DNA of 64,000 bases from an uncultured Aliarcobacter sp. (lineage in GTDB: Bacteria; Campylobacterota; Campylobacteria; Campylobacterales; Arcobacteraceae). The position numbers and the translations under genes were made by a program. Positions within the stretch are counted from its first letter, which is position 1; each line of letters begins with the position of its first letter. Below, in pieces: positions 21,206 to 31,800 of this stretch. The notes under the pieces are model-generated. The model had not been told where the DNA came from, made no database searches, and saw nothing but the letters and a program-made list of their open reading frames with translations. The stretch is from the NCBI GenBank assembly GCA_963677435.1, contig OY781945.1, forward strand, positions 1,376,001-1,440,000, written 5' to 3'.

Positions 21206-21868
21206 CTAACCAACTGTTACATCTTTAGATTTTTTCTTAAAATACTCTTTTTCAACTGCACATAAAGGACAAGCTTTAGGTGGTTTTTTACCTCTATGAA
21301 CATGTCCACAAACTTCACAAATCCACTCTTCTTCATCTTCAGATTGTAAAAATCCTTCATCTATTAATGCTTGTTTTAATTCTAAATATTCTTTCTCATG
21401 TTCAACTTCAACTTTTCCAATTGCTTTAAACATTCTTGCAATCTCTTTTAATCCTTCTTCTTTTGCTATTGCTTCAAAATTTGGATACATCTCTTCATGT
21501 TCATATTTTTCACCATCTGCTGCATATTGGATATTCTTTTCTGTACTGTCTAATTCTACATTATGAACTAATTTGTTATATGCTTTAAATTCTGCAATTG
21601 CATGATATTTTTCATTTTCAGCTGCTTCTTTAAAAAATCTTGCAATTTTATGGTAACCTTCATCAAATGCAATTTGTGCAAAAAATTCATATTTATTTCT
21701 AGCTTGTGATTCCCCTGCAAAGGCTTTCATTAAGTTAACAGCTGTCAAGTTTTTTGTAACCATTTCCATCTCATGTCCACAGCAAGATAATTTTGCATTT
21801 GCACCTGTTACTTGTACTTCAACTTCACATCCACATGTGTTACATTTATAAGTTTCATATTGTTTCAT
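21206..21868 (-). CDS. Desulforubrerythrin, copy 1
   Basis: YKCNTCG...CCG, AFAGESQARNKY, ExxH motifs and WICEVCG...CPLC. Confidence 0.92.
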   Translation of the reverse strand: MKQYETYKCNTCGCEVEVQVTGANAKLSCCGHEMEMVTKNLTAVNLMKAFAGESQARNKYEFFAQIAFDEGYHKIARFFKEAAENEKYHAIAEFKAYNKLVHNVELDSTEKNIQYAADGEKYEHEEMYPNFEAIAKEEGLKEIARMFKAIGKVEVEHEKEYLELKQALIDEGFLQSEDEEEWICEVCGHVHRGKKPPKACPLCAVEKEYFKKKSKDVTVG

Positions 21869-21901
21869 TTTTTCTTTTCCTATTATTAAAAGTTTATCTT
21901 A

Positions 21902-21916
21902 TGATAATTTTTATCC
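21902..21916. promoter_or_regulatory. Fur/PerR-like box over the rubrerythrin promoter
   Basis: TGATAAT-T-TTTATCC (7-1-7-like), just downstream of a minus-strand TATAAT at 21925-21930. Confidence 0.55.
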
Positions 21917-21976
21917 TTTGGTGAATTATAAAACATTTAAACTTAAAAGAAAATTATTATCCTTTGCAAAATTTTA

Positions 21977-21985
21977 TGCTATAAT
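21977..21985 (+). promoter_or_regulatory. Extended -10 sigma70 element for the Fur-family gene
   Basis: TGCTATAAT (TGnTATAAT). Confidence 0.5.
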
Positions 21986-22080
21986 TATTCAAGAGTTTGT
22001 AAATATATTTATTTATAAACTATATAATTTATGTGGAAATAAATAATAAAGTAGTATTATTCCGCAAAAGGGAGTTTTTG

Positions 22081-22485
22081 ATGACAAATTATACAAATTT
22101 ATTAAAAGAATATGATTTAAAAGTTACTCCGCAAAGAGTAGCGATTGTTGAAGAACTTTACAAAAATGGTCACATGAACATTGATGATTTATACAAAAAA
22201 CTATTATCTAAGTTCCCATCTGTATCATTAGCAACTATTTATAAAAATATTAATGCAATGATCGAAAAAGTTTTTCTTTCAGAGGTAAAAATACCAAATT
22301 CAAAATCTGTTTATGAGTTAGTTAAAGCAGAACATGCACATTTAGTTTGTTCTTCTTGTGGATATATTGAAGATATTATGGTAGATGCTTCTAGTGTTTT
22401 AAGTGAAGCTTCAAGTTTAAGTTCATTTAAAATTGATTCTACAAACATAATTTTGAGTGGTCTTTGCCCACATTGTAAAAAATAG
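22081..22485 (+). CDS. perR: Fur-family regulator, probably PerR
   Basis: LKVTPQR, SLATIYKN, HAHLVCSSCG and CPHC; divergent from the rubrerythrins. Start moved to ATG 22081 because of the GGGAG RBS. Confidence 0.8.
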   Translation: MTNYTNLLKEYDLKVTPQRVAIVEELYKNGHMNIDDLYKKLLSKFPSVSLATIYKNINAMIEKVFLSEVKIPNSKSVYELVKAEHAHLVCSSCGYIEDIMVDASSVLSEASSLSSFKIDSTNIILSGLCPHCKK

Positions 22486-22510
22486 TCTAGTTAGAACTAG
22501 ACTATTTTTT
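22477..22510. terminator. Bidirectional terminator
   Basis: AAAAAATAGTCTAGTT-AG-AACTAGACTATTTTTT perfect inverted repeat between convergent perR and ybeY. Confidence 0.85.
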
Positions 22511-22929
22511 TAAGAATTTCTAACTATTAAACTATCAGGTAAATTAAACTGTTTTATCAGTTCTTCCTCTTTAGTTCTATGTTCACCATTATCAACTTCA
22601 TGGTCAAATCCTAAAAGATGCAAAATCCCATGAATAAATAAAAGTGAAAACTCTTCATTAAAGCTATGTCCATACTCTTTTGATTTTTCTTGTACAAAAT
22701 CAGTTGAAATCACAATAGAGCCCAAAGGCATATTATCAAAATCAAAATCCATAGGAAAACTTAAAACATCAGTTGCTTTATCTATGTTTCTATGTTCTTT
22801 GTTTAACACTTGTATTTCATCATTTCTTACTACAAGAAGTTCAATATCTTTTTTTGTAAGTGTGCTTGCAATTTTTTCTAAACTTGAAATATCAATTTCA
22901 AAATCTGTATTATTTTCTAAATCAATCAT
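22510..22929 (-). CDS. ybeY: rRNA maturation endoribonuclease YbeY
   Basis: TDVLSFP and HGILHLLGFDH. Confidence 0.95.
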   Translation of the reverse strand: MIDLENNTDFEIDISSLEKIASTLTKKDIELLVVRNDEIQVLNKEHRNIDKATDVLSFPMDFDFDNMPLGSIVISTDFVQEKSKEYGHSFNEEFSLLFIHGILHLLGFDHEVDNGEHRTKEEELIKQFNLPDSLIVRNS

Positions 22930-22937
22930 TTTTTTCC

Positions 22938-24287
22938 TTAAAATAGTTCTATCATCTTAGAGACTTCATCAACAGCAAATGTTTTAATATCAAGTTTCAA
23001 ATTTGTTTTTTGGGCAATTACAGCTTTTTTCATTCCTTGAGCTTGGGCTTCTTTTAGCCTTATATCAATAGAATAAACATCTTTTATTTCCCCAGTTAGT
23101 GAAACTTCTCCAATAAAAGCAGACTCTTTTGAAATTGGTCTATCTCTGTAAGAAGATATTATCGCTGCAATTACAGCTAAATCAGCTGAACTCTCTTTGA
23201 TTTTTATTCCGCCACTTATATTTATAAATACATCATAATTATTCAATGGTAAATCAATTTTTTTCTCAAGAAGAGCAAGAAGCATTGTAAGTCTATTTGC
23301 ATCAAAACCTGTGGCACTTCTTTTTGGATTTGGATAAGTACTCTCTGTAACTAGCGCTTGAACTTCCAAAATTATAGCACGGCTTCCCTCCATAACAACT
23401 GTAAGAGCTGAACCACTTTGAGCTTTTGATTTATCAAAGAATTTTGAAGCAATATCTTTGGCACTTATTAATCCTTCTGCTGTCATTTCAAAAATTCCAA
23501 TTTCAGAAGTTGAACCAAATCTGTTTTTAAAACCTCTTAACATTCTCAGTTCCCTGCTGGCTTCTCCTTCAAAATATAAAACTGTATCAACCATATGTTC
23601 AAGAACCCTAGGTCCTGCGATACTTCCATCTTTTGTGATGTGTCCAATTATAAACATGGCAATGTCTGACTCTTTTGCTTTACGCATTAGCTCAAAAGTG
23701 ATTTCTCGCACTTGGCTCACACTTCCTGGTGCTGAACTTAGGTTTGATGAATAAATAGTTTGAATAGAGTCAATGATTACAACTTCATAGTTTTCTCTTA
23801 ATAATTCATCTTGAATTTCTTCAAGTTTTATTTCACTCAAAAGATATAAACTGTCATGATTTGCATCTAATCTATTTGCTCGCAGTTTTATCTGTCCAGC
23901 ACTCTCTTCCCCTGAAACATAAAGAACTTTTTTCCCTGATTTTGCAATACTTCCTGCAACTTTTAATAAAAGTGTAGATTTCCCAACTCCTGGACTTCCA
24001 CCAATTAAAGTTAAACTTCCTGGAACTATTCCACCACCAAGAACTAAATCAAACTCATCATTATAAGATGAAAATCTAGTTACATTATCTTGTTGTATTT
24101 GAGTAATTGGTACGGCTTTTGAAGTTGTGTTTACCAGTTTTGATGTATGTTTTAAAACCTCTTGTTGTTCTTGGTTTAACTCAATAAATGAATCCCATGA
24201 ACCACAATTTGGACATTTTCCAAGCCATTTTGTAGCTTGTTCTCCACAGTGTTGACACTCAAATAGTGATATTTTCTTTTTTGCCAT
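22938..24287 (-). CDS. radA: DNA repair protein RadA/Sms
   Basis: CxxC..CxxC zinc finger, GSPGVGKS, KNRFG and a Lon-like C-terminus. Confidence 0.97.
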   Translation of the reverse strand: MAKKKISLFECQHCGEQATKWLGKCPNCGSWDSFIELNQEQQEVLKHTSKLVNTTSKAVPITQIQQDNVTRFSSYNDEFDLVLGGGIVPGSLTLIGGSPGVGKSTLLLKVAGSIAKSGKKVLYVSGEESAGQIKLRANRLDANHDSLYLLSEIKLEEIQDELLRENYEVVIIDSIQTIYSSNLSSAPGSVSQVREITFELMRKAKESDIAMFIIGHITKDGSIAGPRVLEHMVDTVLYFEGEASRELRMLRGFKNRFGSTSEIGIFEMTAEGLISAKDIASKFFDKSKAQSGSALTVVMEGSRAIILEVQALVTESTYPNPKRSATGFDANRLTMLLALLEKKIDLPLNNYDVFINISGGIKIKESSADLAVIAAIISSYRDRPISKESAFIGEVSLTGEIKDVYSIDIRLKEAQAQGMKKAVIAQKTNLKLDIKTFAVDEVSKMIELF

Positions 24288-24587
24288 AATAAAGCCTTAT
24301 TTATTCTATTGGGCAATTATAATCAAATTTTTTATAGCCTTTCTAAAATATGTCACTTTGTAATATAAATAATTAATTTTAAAAGTAATGACTCTCTCTT
24401 TTTATTTAGTATATAAATTAATAAAATATTTTTCATGTGAAAATAAAAAACTCAAGAAGATTTTTAAAAGTATTTAATTACATAATAATAAAAAAATATA
24501 ATCATTAATTTATTTAATATTAATATTAATAATAATACTATATTTATTATTTATAAAACAATAATAAGCATAAATAAGGAGAAAACG

Positions 24588-26501
24588 GTGTTTAGTAGTA
24601 TCAGAGGAAAGTTATTAGCTTTAGTTATTTTACCAGTATTAGTAATAGTAATTATTACAACTATTGTCAGTGTAAATTTAACTTATGATAATAGTGAAAA
24701 AACATTGGCTGAATTTGAAAAAAGTATAGTCAATGAGAAAAAAGAGCTTTTAAAAAATGAAGTTCTAACTGTATATACAATTATAGAAGCAATTATTGCT
24801 AATTCAAAAAGTACAGAAGAGGCAAAAAGAAAAGTTATTAGTGTTATTTCACAATCAAGATTTTTAAATGGAAGTGGTTACTTCTTTGCATATGAGAAAG
24901 TTGGGAGCGATTATCAATTTGCATTTCATGGAACTACACCTGCCTTGAACGGGACAAAAACAGATATCACAGAACCAGATACAAAAGGCTTTCAATTTAG
25001 AAAAGAGTTAATTGAAACTGGAAATGATGATAATAAATTTGTAGAATATTTCTATAAAAAACCAAATACAGATGAAGAGATAAAAAAACTTTCATTTTCT
25101 AAATATATCAAAGAGTTAGATTGGACTATTGTAACAGGTATTTATATTGATGATGTTGAAAAAAAGATTATCAAAGAGACTAAAAGAGTTGATAGTGATG
25201 TTAATTCTTTGATTTTTACTCTTATATCAATAATTGCTATTTTATTAGTTTTAATTATTGTTGTTGTTTCTTATATTTCAAAAATATCTTTAATAAATCC
25301 ATTAAAACTTTTTGAAGAAGGTTTATTGTCATTTTTATCATTTTTAAATAAAGAAAAAAAGGATGTTAGTCTAATTGAAGTTACTTCAAAAGATGAAATT
25401 GGTTTGATGACAAAAAGAATAAATGAAAATATCATAAAAATAAAAGAGACAATCGAACAAGATGAAAAAGTTATTGAAGATGTTACTCGAGTAGTTAATG
25501 ATGTTAGTTCTGGAATATTAACTAAAAAAGTTGAAGCAAAAACTACAAATAGTGTAATCAATGAATTAACAGAAGATTTAAATCTTATGATTGGAAATTT
25601 ATACAATACAATTAATCACACTATAAATGTTTTAAAATCATATGAAAGTAGAGATTTTACAAAACAAACTACTATTTCATGTAAAGGAGAACTTTGTTCA
25701 TTAACAAGTGGAGTTAATAAACTAGGAACTGAAATATCTATTATGTTAAGAGCTAATCTTGAAAATTCGGAAGTTTTAGATAAAAATGCAAATAATTTAA
25801 CATCAAATATGAATAGATTAACAGTTAGTGCAAATGAACAAGCTGCATCATTGGAAGAAACAGCAGCAGCTTTAGAAGAGATAACTGAAACTATGAGATT
25901 AAATTCTAATAACATAAATGAACTTTCTTCAAACTCTGTATCTTTAAGGGATGAAGTAAATAAAGGTAAAGAATTATCTAAAAAAACAAGCACTTCAATG
26001 GAGCAAATAAATGCAAATGTAAATGCAATAACTGAATCTATTTCTATAATTGATCAAATTGCATTTCAAACAAATATTCTTTCTTTAAATGCAGCCGTTG
26101 AAGCGGCAACTGCTGGAGAAGCAGGAAAAGGCTTTGCAGTCGTTGCAGCAGAAGTACGAAATTTAGCAAATAGAAGTGCAGAGGCTGCAAAAGAGATAAA
26201 AGCCTTAGTTGAAAGTGCAACAAAAAGTTCTAATGAAGGAAAAGATATTGTAAATGTTATGTATGAGGGATATGAAAAATTAAATAATAATATTATAAAT
26301 ACAACATCTATTGTTGATACAGTTACAACAAATGCAAAAGAACAAATGATTGGGGTTGAGCAAATAAACTCTGCAATTGGACAATTGGATAAAACTACAC
26401 AAGAAAATGCAACTATTGCTTCTGAAATTAATGAAGTAGTAAAAAGTGTACATAGTATGGCCGATAAAGTTGTAGAAGAAGTACAAAAATCTAAATTCTA
26501 A
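24588..26501 (+). CDS. Methyl-accepting chemotaxis protein with Cache sensor domain
   Basis: Two TM segments around a GYFFAY..W.IVTGIY Cache domain; [17 protein letters not shown] signalling hairpin. Confidence 0.95.
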   Translation: MFSSIRGKLLALVILPVLVIVIITTIVSVNLTYDNSEKTLAEFEKSIVNEKKELLKNEVLTVYTIIEAIIANSKSTEEAKRKVISVISQSRFLNGSGYFFAYEKVGSDYQFAFHGTTPALNGTKTDITEPDTKGFQFRKELIETGNDDNKFVEYFYKKPNTDEEIKKLSFSKYIKELDWTIVTGIYIDDVEKKIIKETKRVDSDVNSLIFTLISIIAILLVLIIVVVSYISKISLINPLKLFEEGLLSFLSFLNKEKKDVSLIEVTSKDEIGLMTKRINENIIKIKETIEQDEKVIEDVTRVVNDVSSGILTKKVEAKTTNSVINELTEDLNLMIGNLYNTINHTINVLKSYESRDFTKQTTISCKGELCSLTSGVNKLGTEISIMLRANLENSEVLDKNANNLTSNMNRLTVSANEQAASLEETAAALEEITETMRLNSNNINELSSNSVSLRDEVNKGKELSKKTSTSMEQINANVNAITESISIIDQIAFQTNILSLNAAVEAATAGEAGKGFAVVAAEVRNLANRSAEAAKEIKALVESATKSSNEGKDIVNVMYEGYEKLNNNIINTTSIVDTVTTNAKEQMIGVEQINSAIGQLDKTTQENATIASEINEVVKSVHSMADKVVEEVQKSKF

Positions 26502-26503
26502 AT

Positions 26504-26525
26504 AGTATGACTTTTTAGTCATACT
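26504..26525 (+). terminator. Intrinsic terminator after the MCP gene
   Basis: AGTATGACT-TTTT-AGTCATACT followed by GTTT. Confidence 0.7.
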
Positions 26526-26589
26526 GTTTATCTCAATGTTTACAATAAAATAAAGTATAATCTATAGATCTTTCAACAAGGAATAAAAA

Positions 26590-26646
26590 ATGGATTTAAA
26601 ACATTACTTATATTATCAACTTCAAATAGAAGTTAAAATTTTATGA
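26590..26646 (+). CDS. Putative 18-aa leader/small ORF (MDLKHYLYYQLQIEVKIL)
   Basis: AAGGA RBS upstream; its TGA overlaps the ATG of the next gene (ATGA). Confidence 0.35.
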   Translation: MDLKHYLYYQLQIEVKIL

Positions 26647-27128
26647 ATTCAATAAAACTATTTACTGATTCAAGTGTAAATCCACAAGAAAAGATAGGTT
26701 TTGGTGCTTATTTGAAAATTCTTGATGAAAATATCTCTTTTCTTGAAATGAAAAATATTATAAAAACTAAAAGATTTGAAGATACCAGCTCTACAAAATT
26801 AGAGCTTCAAACACTACTTTGGGCTTTGGATGAAATAGAAATAGCCTCTTTGATTGAAGTTTATACAGATTGCCAAAATATAATAGGCTTAGAAAATAGA
26901 AGAAAAAAATTAGAATCAAATGATTATAAATCATCAAAGGGAAAATTGATGAATAATCATGAGTTATATAAACTTTTTTTTGAAAAAATTGATAAATTAA
27001 ATTTAGTTTTTATAAAAGTAAAAGGGCATAAAAAAAGTAGTTTAAAAGATAATATTGATGATATTTTTAATCTTGTAGATAAAGCTTCAAGAAATGCTTT
27101 AAGAGAAGAGTTAGCTTATCTAAAATAG
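26643..27128 (+). CDS. Ribonuclease HI-like protein
   Basis: FTDSS, LELQ, YTDCQ, VKGH and VDKASR give the D-E-D-D catalytic set. Confidence 0.85.
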   Translation: MNSIKLFTDSSVNPQEKIGFGAYLKILDENISFLEMKNIIKTKRFEDTSSTKLELQTLLWALDEIEIASLIEVYTDCQNIIGLENRRKKLESNDYKSSKGKLMNNHELYKLFFEKIDKLNLVFIKVKGHKKSSLKDNIDDIFNLVDKASRNALREELAYLK

Positions 27129-28103
27129 ATAAGCTAAATTTATTCCACCCCAATTTTCATATTCACTTTTGTGATCTGCTGAGACGAATTTTGAAGTTTT
27201 ATAAGTAAAAGATAAAACAAAATCATCAAAATATGTATCAATTGAAAAAAGATGAATAAATGTATCTTTTAATTTATCTAATTCGTAAGATTTGTCATAG
27301 TTAGTTACATAAAAATAATCTGTGTAAGAATATCCTAAACCATAAGAAACTGACCAAGCAAAATCTTTACTTCTTTTTTCATCAAGATTTAAAAGTTTAT
27401 TTTCATTTGCTCCTATAAATCTTCCAACAGTATTAAAATTGTTTGGATAATTATTCCCATATCTAATTGAACCACCTGCCATCAAAGCTCTATTATAATT
27501 TCCAACATCAACTCTTATATTGTTTAAAATATCCATTTTTCCATAAGTAAAATCATGTTGAAAGGTTCTATATCCATAGGCGTAAGTAAAGTTATATAAA
27601 AAATCATCGGATAATTGATTGTCCCAACCATTTGTTTCATTATTACCAGTAATATGATGATAAGTTCTTTGAGCTTGTTCTGCTAATGTACTAGATCCTG
27701 CCATTCCTAATGTTAACATATACTGATGAAAAAAATCTTCTTCCCATTTATATAAAATAAAATCAACTGTGATAACACCTGCATATGGTACATCACCAAT
27801 TATTTTATTGTAATTTTTAGAATCATCAGGAGTGAAAGTAAGATGAGAAATGGTCATTCCCATAGTTTGATACTTGGTATCATTATTAAAAGTAGGAATT
27901 TTTGATATTAAATCAAAAAAACTATTTTTATATTTATTTAAGTCATTTGTATCTTTATTGCTTAAATAAGTAAATGCCGTACCATTTGTATAGTGTTTGT
28001 CTTGTCCATCTACAACATCATTTTCAAAAAAAGCAGAAATTACTTGTGCATTTAGATTCAAAGACAAAAGAGAAATTGAAAAAATTTTTAGAAATAATTT
28101 CAT
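27120..28103 (-). CDS. Lipid A deacylase LpxR-family outer-membrane protein
   Basis: Signal peptide, ENDV..DKHYTNG, TP.D....PYAG and GWDNQL; terminal Phe. Confidence 0.85.
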   Translation of the reverse strand: MKLFLKIFSISLLSLNLNAQVISAFFENDVVDGQDKHYTNGTAFTYLSNKDTNDLNKYKNSFFDLISKIPTFNNDTKYQTMGMTISHLTFTPDDSKNYNKIIGDVPYAGVITVDFILYKWEEDFFHQYMLTLGMAGSSTLAEQAQRTYHHITGNNETNGWDNQLSDDFLYNFTYAYGYRTFQHDFTYGKMDILNNIRVDVGNYNRALMAGGSIRYGNNYPNNFNTVGRFIGANENKLLNLDEKRSKDFAWSVSYGLGYSYTDYFYVTNYDKSYELDKLKDTFIHLFSIDTYFDDFVLSFTYKTSKFVSADHKSEYENWGGINLAYLF

Positions 28104-28150
28104 TATTAATCCTTTTATTGTAATATTTCAAAAATTATATAATAATAAAA

Positions 28151-28729
28151 TTGGAAAAAAATAAAATGATAATATATATTCACGGATTTGCAAGTTCAGG
28201 ATTTGGTTCTAAACCACAAAAATTTAAAGAGTATTTTGAAGATGAACTAATAACAATCTCACTTCCAACAATCCCAAACTTAGCTATTGATACCCTAGAA
28301 CAAATCATCGAAGCTTTTTTAAATAAAGAAGAAAATGTCTATTTAGTAGGTTCTTCCCTTGGTGGATTTTATGCTTTGTTTTTAGCAAATAAGTATGATT
28401 TAAAGGCAGTTTTAATAAATCCAGCGGTTAATCCTTGGGGAACTTTGGATAGATATGAAGGTGTTGATTTAGTAACAAATTTTTATGATAATTCAAGATT
28501 TGAGTTTACAAGTGGTCATATAAAATCTCTTAAAAATTATGAAGTTGACTATATTAAAAACCCACAAAATTTTATAACACTTTTGCAAGAAGATGATGAG
28601 GTTTTAGATTTTAGTGAAGCTGCTTTAAAACTTGAAGATACAGAACTTATTATTGAAGAGGGTGGAACTCACTCTTTTGATGGAATAGAGCGATATTTCA
28701 GAAAGATAAATAGCTTTTTTTATAACTAA
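28151..28729 (+). CDS. YqiA/YcfP-family esterase
   Basis: IYIHGFAS, GSSLGG, LINPAV, DEVLD and GGTHSF. Confidence 0.9.
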   Translation: MEKNKMIIYIHGFASSGFGSKPQKFKEYFEDELITISLPTIPNLAIDTLEQIIEAFLNKEENVYLVGSSLGGFYALFLANKYDLKAVLINPAVNPWGTLDRYEGVDLVTNFYDNSRFEFTSGHIKSLKNYEVDYIKNPQNFITLLQEDDEVLDFSEAALKLEDTELIIEEGGTHSFDGIERYFRKINSFFYN

Positions 28730-28819
28730 AATATAATCTCAATACCTAATATTTCAGCATTAATTAGATATAATAAATACAATTATGATGTATGGAAAAA
28801 CTTAAGGAGAGAGCCAAGA

Positions 28820-31800
28820 ATGACATTCAGAGTTGTAGATACTAGATTTCGTATCTTAAAAGGTGGAAAAATAGGTTTATCACTGTCTATTGCTTTGATA
28901 GCTGGAATGTCAACGCTTGGTAGTATAAATGCTAATGCTACAGATTATTTTACTGATGTTAATGCTGGATTATCAACAAATAATTATACTTCAGGTTCCA
29001 TTTCTTTAGATTTACAAACAGCAGGCAATACAGGAATTATTAGTGTAGTTAGAACAGAAAATACATCAGATGATATAGTATTTAAACCAACTTCATGGGC
29101 AAATAGTTATTATGATGTTCCATCTTATTCTTCAGATTATTATGGAGATGCTAGTAACCAACAAGCTTTTACTTTAAATAAAACAATAGATAGTTTAGTC
29201 TTGAATTTAACCTTGGCATCAGGAGCAAATACAGGAAATATTTCAAGAAATGCTACAACTATTTATAATACTGATGCCACAATTACTGTGTTTGCTAGTG
29301 ATACAAAAAATTTAATACAAACAACATCAACTGCATATATTACAAATCTAATTCTTCAAGGAAATAATACTGTTTCAGGAACTACAGATATTGGAAATGG
29401 AAATATTCAATTAGACGGAAGTGCAACTTTCACTGGATCTGTAACAGCAGGTTCTATAGATGTAAATACAACAAATGCTGTTACTTTTAATTCAGCAGTT
29501 GATTTATCTGCTGGAACTAATACTCTTAGTTTTAATACAACAGGAAATGTAATCCTAAATTCTGATTTAAATGGAAATGTAACAACAACTGCTAATAATC
29601 AAGGAACTTTAACAACTACAGGCTTAACACAAACAATTACAGGAAATATTGGTAGTTCAGTTTCATCTGATTTAAATACTTTAAACATAGGAAGTAGTAC
29701 AAATTCAACAAATTATTCAGTTACAACAATAAATGGAAATGTATATTCAAATAGTACAGTTTTAAATAATAATGGAACGACAAATAGTTCAGAGTTAATA
29801 TTATCAAGTGGAAAAAATATTACTTCTTCTATTTCAACAGCAGATGCAAATATGGGTATTTTAACTCTTGCTGGTGGTACACAAACAGTAACTGGACAAG
29901 TTGGGACAAATACAGAAAGATTGGCACAAATAAATTCTGGTGCAAACGGAGCTACATCATCATTTGTAAATGATGTATATGCTGTAAATGTAACAAATAC
30001 AGGAACAGGAACAACAACTTTTCAAAATGATGTAGTTGCAACTAATGCAAATGTAAATGCTGGAACAACAACTTTTCAAGATAATTTAACAGCAACAACT
30101 ACAACAATTACAACAGGAACTGGTAATTTTAATACAGTTTCGGGAACTACAATATCGGATATTGTATTTAGTGGTACTGGAACAGCAAATTTGTATGCTG
30201 ATTTAAGAGGAAATGTAACAACAACTGCTGATAATCAAGGAATTTTAACAATTATTGGAAGTTCAACTGGTAAAAATCAAACTATTGATGGAAATATTGG
30301 AAGTTCCAGTTCTTTAGATTTATCTACATTAAATATTGGAGAGACAGGAGCCTCTACAAATTATACTGTTACAACAATAACTGGAAATGTATATGCAAAT
30401 AATACAGTTTTAAATAATGGAACAACAAATAGTTCAGAGTTAATATTATCAAGTGGGAAAAATATTATATCAAATATTACAACAGCAGATAATGGAAAAG
30501 GTATATTAACTTTAGAAGGTGGAATACAAACTGTAACAGGAACAGTTGGAGGAACAGGGGCATTATTAAAAACAGTAAACGCAGGAGCAAATGGTGCAAC
30601 TACAACATTTAGCTCAGATGTTTATGCGACAAACCTAAATGTAACAGGAACAGGTGAAGTAGATTTAAATGGTAATTATACAGGAACAGCAATAACTTAT
30701 AATGCAGATGGAACAGTAAAATTAGCAGATAATAAAAATATAACGTCAGCAGTAATAACAAATGCAAATGATACAGGTACTTTAACATTGTTGGGTACAT
30801 CAACAGTAAGTGGACAAGTAGGAGATTCAACAAATAAATTAAAAGTTGTAAACGCAGGAGCAAATGGTGCAACTACAACATTTAGCTCAGATGTTTATGC
30901 GACAAACCTAAATGTAACAGGAACAGGTGAAGTAGATTTAAATGGTAATTATACAGGAACAGCAATAACTTATAATGCAGATGGAACAGTAAAATTAGCA
31001 GATAATAAAAATATAACGTCAGCAGTAATAACAAATGCAAATGATACAGGTACTTTAACATTGTTGGGGACATCAACAGTAAGTGGACAAGTAGGAGATT
31101 CAACAAATAAATTAAAAGTTGTAAACGCAGGAGCAAATGGTGCAACTACAACATTTAGCTCAGATGTTTATGCGACAAACCTAAATGTAACAGGAACAGG
31201 TGAAGTAGATTTAAATGGTAATTATACAGGAACAGCAATAACTTATAATGCAGATGGAACAGTAAAATTAGCAGATAATAAAAATATAACGTCAGCAGTA
31301 ATAACAAATGCAAATGATACAGGTACTTTAACATTGTTGGGTACATCAACAGTAAGTGGACAAGTAGGAGATTCAACAAATAAATTAAAAGTTGTAAACG
31401 CAGGAGCAAATGGAGAAATAGGAACATTTAGCTCAGATGTTTATGCGACAAACCTAAATGTAACAGGAACAGGTGAAGTAGATTTAAATGGTAATTATAC
31501 AGGAACAGCAATAACTTATAATGCAGATGGAACAGTAAAATTAGCAGATAATAAAAATATAACGTCAGCAGTAATAACAAATGCAAATGATACAGGTACT
31601 TTAACATTGTTGGGTACATCAACAGTAAGTGGACAAGTAGGAGATTCAACAAATAAATTAAAAGTTGTAAACGCAGGAGCAAATGGTGCAACTACAACAT
31701 TTAGCTCAGATGTTTATGCGACAAACCTAAATGTAACAGGAACAGGTGAAGTAGATTTAAATGGTAATTATACAGGAACAGCAATAACTTATAATGCAGA

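Noticed and set aside
24288..24587. 300-bp extremely AT-rich gap between radA and the MCP gene as an sRNA or origin
   Set aside because: No stable hairpin, DnaA-box cluster or iterons visible; consistent with divergent promoters.
26643..27128. RNase H fold as a transposase or retroelement remnant
   Set aside because: The motif spacing fits RNase HI, with no reverse transcriptase, terminal inverted repeats or target duplication.
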